Translations under genes and position numbers: made by a program
Part shown: one piece after another, positions 17,494 to 25,318 of the stretch
Position numbering within the stretch: position 1 is the stretch's first letter
Layout of the letters: each line of letters begins with the position of its first letter
Assembly: GCF_003966335.1 (NCBI RefSeq)
Contig: NZ_CP034549.1
Coordinates: 2,790,001 to 2,822,000, forward strand
Length of the DNA stretch: 32,000 nucleotides
Source of the DNA: Nonlabens ponticola
Lineage (GTDB): Bacteria > Bacteroidota > Bacteroidia > Flavobacteriales > Flavobacteriaceae
Reading direction: 5' to 3'
The notes under the pieces: generated by a model
The model's input: the letters and a program-made list of their open reading frames with translations, nothing else
Databases searched by the model: none
What the model was told of the DNA's origin: nothing

Positions 17494-17510
17494 CTGAGCT
17501 CGACAGGATT
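17494..17510 (-). repeat. tRNA-Arg 3'-end fragment, copy 3 (15/17)
   Basis: CTGAGCTCGACAGGATT compared with GTGACCTCGACAGGATT at the tRNA 3' end. Confidence 0.75.
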
Positions 17511-17576
17511 GTTTCATAATTCTAAGCTAGCTAACGTTGGTGAATAAGAAACTAACATTCAACTTTTTTATAAAAC

Positions 17577-17607
17577 AAAGAACCACGCTTGCTAGCGTGG
17601 TTTCTTG
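17577..17607. terminator. bidirectional hairpin terminator
   Basis: GAACCACGC-TTGCTA-GCGTGGTTTC, flanked by an A-run and a T-run. Confidence 0.6.
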
Positions 17608-17614
17608 AATAATA

Positions 17615-17631
17615 GTGACCTCGACAGGATT
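17615..17631 (-). repeat. tRNA-Arg 3'-end fragment, copy 2 (17/17)
   Basis: GTGACCTCGACAGGATT is identical to 17726-17742. Confidence 0.85.
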
Positions 17632-17673
17632 GCTGCGCGTCCTGACAAAGCTCCGCTTTGAGAATACCACAAA

Positions 17674-17707
17674 CAAAAAAACGCTCAAGTAAACTTGGCG
17701 TTTTTTC
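17674..17707. terminator. bidirectional hairpin terminator downstream of tRNA-Arg
   Basis: ACGCTCAAG-TAAA-CTTGGCGT, flanked by AAAAAAA and TTTTTT. Confidence 0.65.
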
Positions 17708-17726
17708 TTATTGCGGTATTCATTCG

Positions 17727-17800
17727 TGACCTCGACAGGATTCAAACCTGTAACCCTCAGAGCCGAAATCTGATGCGCTATTCAGTTGCGCCACGAGGCC
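17727..17800 (-). tRNA. tRNA-Arg (anticodon TCG)
   Basis: Manual cloverleaf fold of 74 nt. 7-bp acceptor stem with one G-U. D stem GCGC/GCGC. Anticodon stem TCAGA/TCTGA with loop TTTCGGC. 5-nt variable loop. T stem ACAGG/CCTGT. CCA is not encoded. Confidence 0.85.
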
Positions 17801-17863
17801 TGTTATAGTATCAAAGATACTTTCATTTATCAAATAAGATTAGTAATCTCAAATTTGATTGCA

Positions 17864-20800
17864 TTAATCTTCATCACTCTCTTCAACCACCAGATAATCA
17901 AGATTTAGTGCATTGAATTTCTGGTTGAATTGCTTGATATCATCAGAGAGTACTTTGTTGAATTTTGCTAATTCTGTTTCAATTTCTGCGCTTAATTCAT
18001 CACGCACCGCAATCATTTGCTGCGTTGGTGCAAAATCTCCTACTGAAGCTAGTGCATTCAAATGAGCTAATTTATTGGTCAATCGTATTGGGAAATTCAA
18101 TGGATCTTGACCACTGCGATTTTGAGTTTGGTAGAGTGCCTTTTCTACCTCATCAAATTTAGTAAGCATTGTGTCTGCTAACTCAACCATTTCCTTGACG
18201 CCATCTTCCTCGCGATCTCCATATGCTGTTTTAAAGGCTTTGAGTTTCTTGTTGAAATCTCGGATTTTCTCAATGGATTTATGCGCCTCGTCAACCGTTT
18301 CATTGACAGAATCAACAAAGTCAAATTGAGATTGCATATCTGCTGCTGTCGCTTCACTATTGGGCGCTGCTACGATTTCAATGTTGCGTTCTAAAGATTC
18401 TTGCGGTGTTTCCAAAACTACTTTGTACGTGCCAGGCGTTGCCCGAGGTCCTGTAAGATCTGCCCACCATAGGATCATGCCTGGCAATTCTTTGGCACCA
18501 TCATATTCTGTATCCCAATTGAACATGTTAGAACCTGCATCTACCTTCAACTTGTTCTTCTTGTCATAGGTACTGTATTCTTTAATGAGCTTATCGTTGC
18601 TATCATAAAACTTAAGTGCCACACTATCTGTTGCCATTGCCTCTGGAATATAATAATGCACTTGGACTCCAGCAGGATGATTAGTTCCCGATGTCAATGA
18701 TGATCTACCACCACGACCAGCCATGCGGTACGCCGTTTTGGGTGCAAATAGCTGTAATGATTCTGCAGTGGTTTGCTTGTTACGCTTTCGCGAAAGCGGT
18801 ATCATCTTCAAGCCCTGTCTCACTAATTCTAAATCGTCATGGATCCAAAGGCTGCGACCCTGTGTAGCGACAACGAGATTGTTCTGTTTTACCGCAAGAT
18901 CTGTGATAGGTACGATGGGTAGATTCATCTGGAAGCTAGACCAGTTATCACCATTATCGTCGCTGATGTACAGACCAGTCTCGGTTCCAGCATATAGAAA
19001 TCCTTTTTGTCGATCATCTTCACGCACCACGCGAGTGAAGTGCTCACTAGGAATGCCATCGTTGATTTGTTGCCATGATTTACCATAATCTGTCGTTCTA
19101 AATAGATAAGGTTTAAAATCGCCCAGTTTATATCGCGTCGCAGCTAGATAGCAAGTTGCGGCATCGTATCTGCTAGGTTCTATGCTGTTGATTTGTGCCC
19201 ATTCTGGTAGTTTTTTAGGGGTAATATTATTCCAACTTTGCCCACCATCTTTAGATAAGTGAACAAGCCCATCATCACTACCTACCCAAAGCTCACCTTG
19301 TTTGACTGGCGATTCTGCCGCAGCAAAGATGGTCCCATAATACTCGACGCTTGTATTATCTTGAGTTATTGGACCACCGCTTGAAACGAGTTTCGTTGGG
19401 TCGTTTCTTGTCAAATCGTCTGATAATGTCTGCCAGCTCTCGCCCTCGTTGGTTGTGACGTGCACATGATTTGAGAAAGCATAAAGTTTGTTAGGTTCAT
19501 GCTTAGAAAACAGGATAGGGAAATTCCACTGGAAGCGGTATTTCATATCCTCGGCGCCATGACCCATTGGGTTGTCTGGCCATACATTTACCGCTCTAGT
19601 AGATTTTGTCGCGTGATTGTATCTAGTCAGAAAACCGCCATAGCTACCACCGTAAACAATGTCATTGTTCTTAGGATCTACCGCAATGTGTGCGCTCTCG
19701 CCACCTGCGGTGCCTTCCCAATCTGCATCTGTAATGGAACCGCCTGTCGTACGGTGAGGTATCCTAATAGTACCGTTGTCCTGTTGTGCCACATAAATGC
19801 GATATGGGAATGAATCGTCTGTCGTTACTCTATAATACTGTGCGGTAGGCTGGTTGTGATAAGTACTCCACGTCTCGCCACCATCATAGGTGATTTGTGC
19901 ACCACCATCATCGCCCATGATCATACGGTCTGGATCTTCTGGAGCTATCCATAAATCATGGTGGTCACCATGAGGCGCGCGTGCGCTGATGAAATTACGG
20001 CCACCATCGGTACTTTTATGGTAAGAAACGTTTACTACATAAACCTTGTCCTCGTCTTGAGTGTCCGCATAAATTCTTGTGTAATACCACGCTCGTTGTC
20101 TCAGGCTGCGATCATCATTGGTTTTTGTCCAGGTAAGACCACCATCGTTACTGCGATACACGCCGCCTTCATCCTTGTTTTCTACAATGGCATACACGCG
20201 ATCGCTATTCACCGGCGATACTGTGACACCCATGATACCTAACGTACCTTGGGCAAAACCATCGTTTGTTGAAATCTCCTTCCACGTCTCACCATAATCG
20301 GTGCTTTTCCACATCGCGCTGCCATCGCCACCACTACTCAAGCTGTACGGCGTGCGTTGCAGTCTCCATGTTGTTGCATATAGATTGCGTGGATTTGATG
20401 GGTCGATAATCAAATCGACTGCGCCAGCCATGTCATTGACATATAATACCTTTTTCCAGTTTTTACCACCGTCGATGGATTTGTAAACACCACGATCTGT
20501 AGATTCCTTATAGATATTACCCAGAACGCCTGCGTAAACGATATTATGATCATTAGGATCAATCGCAATGCGAGGTACGTGCCTGCTTTCTGGTAGTCCA
20601 GAGAATTCCCAAGTCTTACCTGCATCCACTGTTTTCCATATACCGTAACCACTAGAAACGTTACCGCGCACGGTTTTCTCGCCACCACCTACATAAATCA
20701 CATTATGATCACTAGGTGCTACGCTTACCGCTCCTATACTACCGCCAAAGTAGCCATCTGAGATATTCATCCACGTCCTACCACCATCCAGCGTTTTCCA

Positions 20801-21016
20801 TACGCCACCACCGGTGCTACCAAAGTAAAATAGGTTAGGTTGTCCAGGCACGCCCGTTACCGCTGCGCTGCGCCCACCACGGAATGGTCCTAGTTGTCTA
20901 AACTTTTGTGACTCGTAGAATTTTTGTGCCTCTGGTGGTTCTGGTAACTGTTGAGAATTTGCTTTCGCGAAAGCAAAAACTAAAAAGACATAGGTAACAA
21001 TGCTTGAAATCTTCAT
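17864..21016 (-). CDS. secreted BNR/Asp-box repeat protein (sortilin/VPS10-like, GH74-like beta-propeller)
   Basis: 1050 aa with a signal peptide. At least 10 Asp-box motifs of the form (S/T)xDxGxxW (WKTLDGGRTW, WKTVDAGKTW, YKSIDGGKNW, WKSTDYGETW, YRSNDGGLTW and others). Helical C-terminal region. Confidence 0.8.
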   Translation of the reverse strand: MKISSIVTYVFLVFAFAKANSQQLPEPPEAQKFYESQKFRQLGPFRGGRSAAVTGVPGQPNLFYFGSTGGGVWKTLDGGRTWMNISDGYFGGSIGAVSVAPSDHNVIYVGGGEKTVRGNVSSGYGIWKTVDAGKTWEFSGLPESRHVPRIAIDPNDHNIVYAGVLGNIYKESTDRGVYKSIDGGKNWKKVLYVNDMAGAVDLIIDPSNPRNLYATTWRLQRTPYSLSSGGDGSAMWKSTDYGETWKEISTNDGFAQGTLGIMGVTVSPVNSDRVYAIVENKDEGGVYRSNDGGLTWTKTNDDRSLRQRAWYYTRIYADTQDEDKVYVVNVSYHKSTDGGRNFISARAPHGDHHDLWIAPEDPDRMIMGDDGGAQITYDGGETWSTYHNQPTAQYYRVTTDDSFPYRIYVAQQDNGTIRIPHRTTGGSITDADWEGTAGGESAHIAVDPKNNDIVYGGSYGGFLTRYNHATKSTRAVNVWPDNPMGHGAEDMKYRFQWNFPILFSKHEPNKLYAFSNHVHVTTNEGESWQTLSDDLTRNDPTKLVSSGGPITQDNTSVEYYGTIFAAAESPVKQGELWVGSDDGLVHLSKDGGQSWNNITPKKLPEWAQINSIEPSRYDAATCYLAATRYKLGDFKPYLFRTTDYGKSWQQINDGIPSEHFTRVVREDDRQKGFLYAGTETGLYISDDNGDNWSSFQMNLPIVPITDLAVKQNNLVVATQGRSLWIHDDLELVRQGLKMIPLSRKRNKQTTAESLQLFAPKTAYRMAGRGGRSSLTSGTNHPAGVQVHYYIPEAMATDSVALKFYDSNDKLIKEYSTYDKKNKLKVDAGSNMFNWDTEYDGAKELPGMILWWADLTGPRATPGTYKVVLETPQESLERNIEIVAAPNSEATAADMQSQFDFVDSVNETVDEAHKSIEKIRDFNKKLKAFKTAYGDREEDGVKEMVELADTMLTKFDEVEKALYQTQNRSGQDPLNFPIRLTNKLAHLNALASVGDFAPTQQMIAVRDELSAEIETELAKFNKVLSDDIKQFNQKFNALNLDYLVVEESDED
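18784..18797. repeat. iterated palindrome copy 8 (inside the BNR gene, read as LSRK)
   Basis: Exact 14-mer. Confidence 0.95.
20961..20974. repeat. iterated palindrome copy 9 (BNR signal peptide, read as AFAKA)
   Basis: Exact 14-mer. Extended 20-bp palindrome TTTGCTTTCGCGAAAGCAAA. It encodes the A-x-A signal-peptidase site. Confidence 0.95.
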
Positions 21017-21136
21017 AGTTGCTGGATTTGGGTTAAAGATAAGTATAACTCATAATTTAAAGTTAAGGGAAAAATATACCTACATACAGGAAATAACAAT
21101 AGGCTGATAAACAGCAATCTAGCTTAATTTCAACTA

Positions 21137-21748
21137 ATGAAAATGAGAGATAACATACCAGTACCAAAAACTGAAAGCGCTAGCGAAGAAAATCAACGAT
21201 TATTCGAGATTCTTGAAACGCAGCACGGCTTCGTACCCAATTTGATGGCGGTAATGGCTTTGTCTGATACTGCTCCAAGGATGTATCTAGATCAAATCAA
21301 CCGAACGACGTCTCTCACTACTAGGGAAATAGAAATTATAAATCTAGTGGTGAGCGAGTATCATCAATCGCTGTATTGCTCAAGCTATCATCAAGAGGTA
21401 ATTAGCGATGAGATATTAACTGCTGACGAAATACTAGCAGTAAGGAATTTCAAATCTACAAACGAAAAGGAACAGTCTCTTATTGATATTGTATTGCGCA
21501 TCGTGGGCAATAAGGGCAATGTGCCTGACAGATATTTTAAGCAGTTTTTAAATACTGGACATAGCCTAGAACAGTTGGTTGATATCATCATGGTGATTGC
21601 CAATAAAACTATTAGTAATTACCTGTATAAGGTATTTGCTTTTCCTATTGATTTTCCCTGGGCGACACCGCTGACCGCTAAAAGTTCCTTCAAACGATAC
21701 AAGGATCTTGCTACTTCCTATTATCGGGAAAAACGTAACATTAACTAG
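21137..21748 (+). CDS. carboxymuconolactone decarboxylase/AhpD-like family protein, degenerate paralog
   Basis: 203 aa, alignable to the downstream paralog (FVPNLM.., ..TISNYL.., PIDFP). The CxxC..H motif is replaced by SLYCSSYH. Confidence 0.65.
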   Translation: MKMRDNIPVPKTESASEENQRLFEILETQHGFVPNLMAVMALSDTAPRMYLDQINRTTSLTTREIEIINLVVSEYHQSLYCSSYHQEVISDEILTADEILAVRNFKSTNEKEQSLIDIVLRIVGNKGNVPDRYFKQFLNTGHSLEQLVDIIMVIANKTISNYLYKVFAFPIDFPWATPLTAKSSFKRYKDLATSYYREKRNIN

Positions 21749-21828
21749 GAACATCAGGACAGTATTGAGCATGCCTATAGCGGCATCTTTGTACGGTAAT
21801 TAAAAACAACAATTAAAAATTATATATC

Positions 21829-22377
21829 ATGAGTTATTTAAATGTACCATCGAGAGAAGATGTAAGTCCTGCAAACCAGGCAATATTTGACAATCTGGAA
21901 AAGAAAATAGGTTTTGTACCTAATCTATATGCAACTTATGCGCACAGTGAGTTTGGATTAAATAATCTACTACAATTAGGTGGTGCGCCATCATCATTAT
22001 CTAATAAAGAACAGCAAATCGTTAATCTAACGGTGAGCCAGGTAAACAACTGTGACTACTGTCTAGCAGCACATACCGCAATGGGAAAAGGCGCTGGTTT
22101 CAACGACGATCAAATTCTTGAAATAAGAACTGGTCACGCCAGTTTTAATGAGAAGTATGATGCTCTTGCAGCTCTATCTAAAAATATTACCGAGAATAGA
22201 GGTTATGCCGATGAACTACATGTGACTAATTTCTTAGAAGCTGGATATACCAAAGAAAATCTAGTCGATGTCATCTTGAAGGTAGGTGAGAAAACCATCT
22301 CAAATTACTTGCATAATCTTACTAAGGTACCTGTTGATTTTCCAGCAGCACCATCTCTTAAACCTGAATTAGCCTAA
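21829..22377 (+). CDS. carboxymuconolactone decarboxylase/AhpD-like family protein
   Basis: 182 aa with the NNCDYCLAAH motif typical of the AhpD-core/CMD family. Confidence 0.8.
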   Translation: MSYLNVPSREDVSPANQAIFDNLEKKIGFVPNLYATYAHSEFGLNNLLQLGGAPSSLSNKEQQIVNLTVSQVNNCDYCLAAHTAMGKGAGFNDDQILEIRTGHASFNEKYDALAALSKNITENRGYADELHVTNFLEAGYTKENLVDVILKVGEKTISNYLHNLTKVPVDFPAAPSLKPELA

Positions 22378-22413
22378 GGTTCACAACGCTTTCATAGTTG
22401 GTTTGTAGATAGG

Positions 22414-22440
22414 TCCCTAATCTTGATTTAAGATTAGGGA
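22414..22440. terminator. bidirectional terminator between convergent genes
   Basis: TCCCTAATCTT-GATTT-AAGATTAGGGA, a perfect 11-bp stem. Confidence 0.75.
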
Positions 22441-22450
22441 TCTATTGATT

Positions 22451-23281
22451 TTACGAATTCCTAAAAGCCAGCGGCGATGTACCTGCATGCTTCTTGAAAA
22501 ACTTAGAGAAATGACTAGGTTCATTATACCCTAGTTCATAAGCGATTTCTTCTGCAGTTTTGTCTGAATATAGTAGCAGTCGTTTAGCCTCTGCGGTGAT
22601 GCGGTCATTAATTATTTTTAATGGACTGCGCACATCATGTTTTTTGAAAAAGTTGCTGAGTGTCTTGGGTGACTTGAAAAGCATCTCGGCATAGTCTGCA
22701 ACTTGATGTTTCTCTTTATAATGTTGCTCAACAAGGATATTGTATTTGCGTATGAGATCAACTTGCTTTACAGACATGTCGTTGACGTTTTCTAATCTTT
22801 TGACAAGTCTAGTTCCTGTAATCAGCATACGTTTGAGAAGCGTGCGCAGCATCTCGCCCTGAATGTTGTCTTTAATCTCAAATTCTTCCTGAAATAACAC
22901 CAACATCGCATCCATGGATTTTTGCTCTTTCTCGCTCAAATCTATGATCGGTGCTGTGGACGAACCATAGAATAATAATCCCATACAAGATACCTCGCTA
23001 TCATGATCTTTAATGCAGTAGAACTCGCGATTGAAGACATAGGCAATAAGGCCGTAGTTGTCTTTTGGAATCTCGATGACATTCACTGGTGTGCAAAAAA
23101 GCACTTGGTTTTCAGTTAGCGTCACATCATAACCATCGACCACAATTTGCTGTGAACCATGAGTACACCAAACGATTTTATAGAGATTCTTTTCTTTAAG
23201 TAAGTGTAAGGATGGACCACATTGAAAGCTTGTAACCGTAAACTGGCCTTCTTCTTTTATATTATGATAATCAAGTTTCAT
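22451..23281 (-). CDS. AraC family transcriptional regulator
   Basis: 276 aa. C-terminal double HTH (IAYELGYNEPSHFSKFFKKHAGTSPLAFR). Confidence 0.9.
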   Translation of the reverse strand: MKLDYHNIKEEGQFTVTSFQCGPSLHLLKEKNLYKIVWCTHGSQQIVVDGYDVTLTENQVLFCTPVNVIEIPKDNYGLIAYVFNREFYCIKDHDSEVSCMGLLFYGSSTAPIIDLSEKEQKSMDAMLVLFQEEFEIKDNIQGEMLRTLLKRMLITGTRLVKRLENVNDMSVKQVDLIRKYNILVEQHYKEKHQVADYAEMLFKSPKTLSNFFKKHDVRSPLKIINDRITAEAKRLLLYSDKTAEEIAYELGYNEPSHFSKFFKKHAGTSPLAFRNS

Positions 23282-23311
23282 GACTTAAATATACTCAAAA
23301 GCTTGATGCAA

Positions 23312-23611
23312 CTATTTGAGATTTTTTCTCATGTTCCTGATGCTTTGTGCGTTTACAACTTTAAATCCATTTCGCTTAAGTTTTGACGCCGCGATACCAC
23401 TGCGACCGCCCATAGCGCAATAAACAACAATAGGTTTATTCTTATCTAGTTTATCCATTTGTGCATCAATTCCCTGCACAGGAATATTGATCGATCCTTC
23501 TATGTGATCGCTATTATATTCTGACGCTGTGCGCACATCTAGTAGTGTCGCATCCTGCTCAACATAGTCTTTTATTTTACTGCTCTTGTTTTTATTGAAA
23601 AATCCCCACAT
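23312..23611 (-). CDS. rhodanese-like domain protein
   Basis: 99 aa. Active-site loop CAMGGRS in a single rhodanese fold. Confidence 0.85.
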   Translation of the reverse strand: MWGFFNKNKSSKIKDYVEQDATLLDVRTASEYNSDHIEGSINIPVQGIDAQMDKLDKNKPIVVYCAMGGRSGIAASKLKRNGFKVVNAQSIRNMRKNLK

Positions 23612-23638
23612 GTGGCTAACTGTTTTTGGGTTAGTACG

Positions 23639-23652
23639 CTTTCGCGAAAGCT
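23639..23652. repeat. iterated palindrome copy 10 (intergenic)
   Basis: Exact 14-mer, 8 nt downstream of the hydroxylase stop on the minus strand. Confidence 0.95.
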
Positions 23653-23660
23653 ACATTACA

Positions 23661-25316
23661 TTAACTCTCTAACAACTCATCAATTTCAGAGATCAACAAC
23701 CACTGTTCTGCGTGATTGTTTTGAACCTCATCTCGCAATTTGCGCAACGTATCGTCATTGATCTTGTCTTCTTCCCTATAATGACGCACCTTTTTATAAA
23801 GTTCTTGTAGCGATTGTTCTTTCTTGCTTATGGGGTTTTTGGCGGTCGTTGTCTCGCTCTCATGGTAGATTAAATCAAAGCTGTGATAGTCTGCAGGACC
23901 AGCGTAGGCGCTCACGATATCCTTGCCCACCGCTAGATTGAGCACGCCGTCGACCGGCGAGAACAGTACTTCATCCTTGTAGGTGATTGTACAATCTGTA
24001 AACTGTATCAACATGAGCTTGCCGTTGAGATTGCGCATTCCCGTGATGTTCAATCCTTCTACACGTATGCCGCTCTCATAGGTAAATTCAATGCGCTCGT
24101 TGTCATAAAAATTATAAGCTTGTAAATCTCGCGGCCCCATATCCTCAATTGCAAGATTGATACCTTTGAGTTTACCTACTGGCGATAAAAATCCTTGATG
24201 ATGAGTCGCTGTACCATGTCCTATGAGTTCTTTCTCACGGTAGGCGAGTGCAGTTTTTCCCGTTGTCTCAAAGAAGATTACTTCTTGATCCTCATTTTTA
24301 ATCATCCTGGTAAACACGCCAGAAACCTGTAGCCCAGTACTTAATTCAATAGTTCCCAGACTTTTTGAATCAATGAGCTTTTGCAATCCACGATGACCGC
24401 CTTTGCGCACTGCCATGGTATTGGCAAACTCTTCCAGCACCTCGCTCAAATGAGCAAAGTTGGGTGTGACATAAAGATGTGGTTGCTTGCGTGTGATGTC
24501 AAAATCCTGGTAGGCTGCATCAATGCTGTAAGATCGTTTCTCGACTTCAGGCTCCAAGCAGCTCTTGCTCTCACCTATGCTGGAAAGTAGTCCAGCACCG
24601 TATAATTTAGGATCTTCTAGCGTTCCTATCAATCCATACTCGACCGTCCACCAGTGCAGGTTACGTATGAGCGCCATTTCACTGGGCTCCACTTTTTTAT
24701 TTTGCAGCTCATCAACCAGATTCTCTGCCTGTTCTATTTGATTCTTAAGATCGTTGTCATTCTCGCCGGATCGTTGTTCTTTAAGTATCGACAGCCGGCG
24801 CACCGCTTCATACATCTCATGATCGTGTGCGCTAGAGATTGCCTTGCTACCTATCTCACCAAAACGTCTTAAATACTCCGCATAATCTGGACTGGCGATG
24901 ATAGGTGCATGACCAGCAGCCTCGTGAATGATGTCAGGTGCTGGCGTATATTCAATATTTTCAAACTTGCGTATGTCTGCCGCGATTACCAGAATCTTAT
25001 AGGCTTGAAATTCCATAAAAGCTGCTGGTGGTATAAATCCATCTACGGCAACGGCAGCCCAGCCTATCTCCTTGAGAATACGATTCATTCCATACATTGA
25101 TGGAATTTCCTCGATGGATATTCCCGTTTTGCGAAGTCCAGCCATGTAGGATCCATGCGCTACCTGGGATAGATACTCTACATTCTTACGCATCACGTGT
25201 CGCCATACCGCTTGATCCTGTGCGGTATATTCCTCATAATTTTGCGGCTTGATAAACTGCTTGAGATGCGGTGGCAACCGCTCAATAAGTGGATTGCTGG
25301 GTATTTTCTTATCCAT
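23661..25316 (-). CDS. aromatic amino-acid hydroxylase (phenylalanine-4-hydroxylase-like), long form
   Basis: 551 aa. Iron ligands HEAAGH plus TVEYGL, and the YGAGLLSS motif of biopterin-dependent hydroxylases. An extra C-terminal domain of roughly 250 aa has no fold I recognise. Confidence 0.8.
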   Translation of the reverse strand: MDKKIPSNPLIERLPPHLKQFIKPQNYEEYTAQDQAVWRHVMRKNVEYLSQVAHGSYMAGLRKTGISIEEIPSMYGMNRILKEIGWAAVAVDGFIPPAAFMEFQAYKILVIAADIRKFENIEYTPAPDIIHEAAGHAPIIASPDYAEYLRRFGEIGSKAISSAHDHEMYEAVRRLSILKEQRSGENDNDLKNQIEQAENLVDELQNKKVEPSEMALIRNLHWWTVEYGLIGTLEDPKLYGAGLLSSIGESKSCLEPEVEKRSYSIDAAYQDFDITRKQPHLYVTPNFAHLSEVLEEFANTMAVRKGGHRGLQKLIDSKSLGTIELSTGLQVSGVFTRMIKNEDQEVIFFETTGKTALAYREKELIGHGTATHHQGFLSPVGKLKGINLAIEDMGPRDLQAYNFYDNERIEFTYESGIRVEGLNITGMRNLNGKLMLIQFTDCTITYKDEVLFSPVDGVLNLAVGKDIVSAYAGPADYHSFDLIYHESETTTAKNPISKKEQSLQELYKKVRHYREEDKINDDTLRKLRDEVQNNHAEQWLLISEIDELLES

Positions 25317-25318
25317 GA

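Noticed and set aside
17527-17745. 72-aa minus-strand ORF downstream of tRNA-Arg
   Set aside because: It runs through the tRNA 3' end, both tRNA-fragment repeats (its repeated NPVEVT is just the translated repeat) and two terminators, so it is not a gene.
2551-23652. The regularly spaced identical 14-mers could be a CRISPR-like array
   Set aside because: The intervals are about 2.3 kb and consist of conserved housekeeping genes. The repeat is only 14 bp, and no cas genes are present.
2551-23652. The intergenic palindromes could be intrinsic terminators
   Set aside because: No U-tract follows any of them. Genuine terminators in this window all have T-runs.
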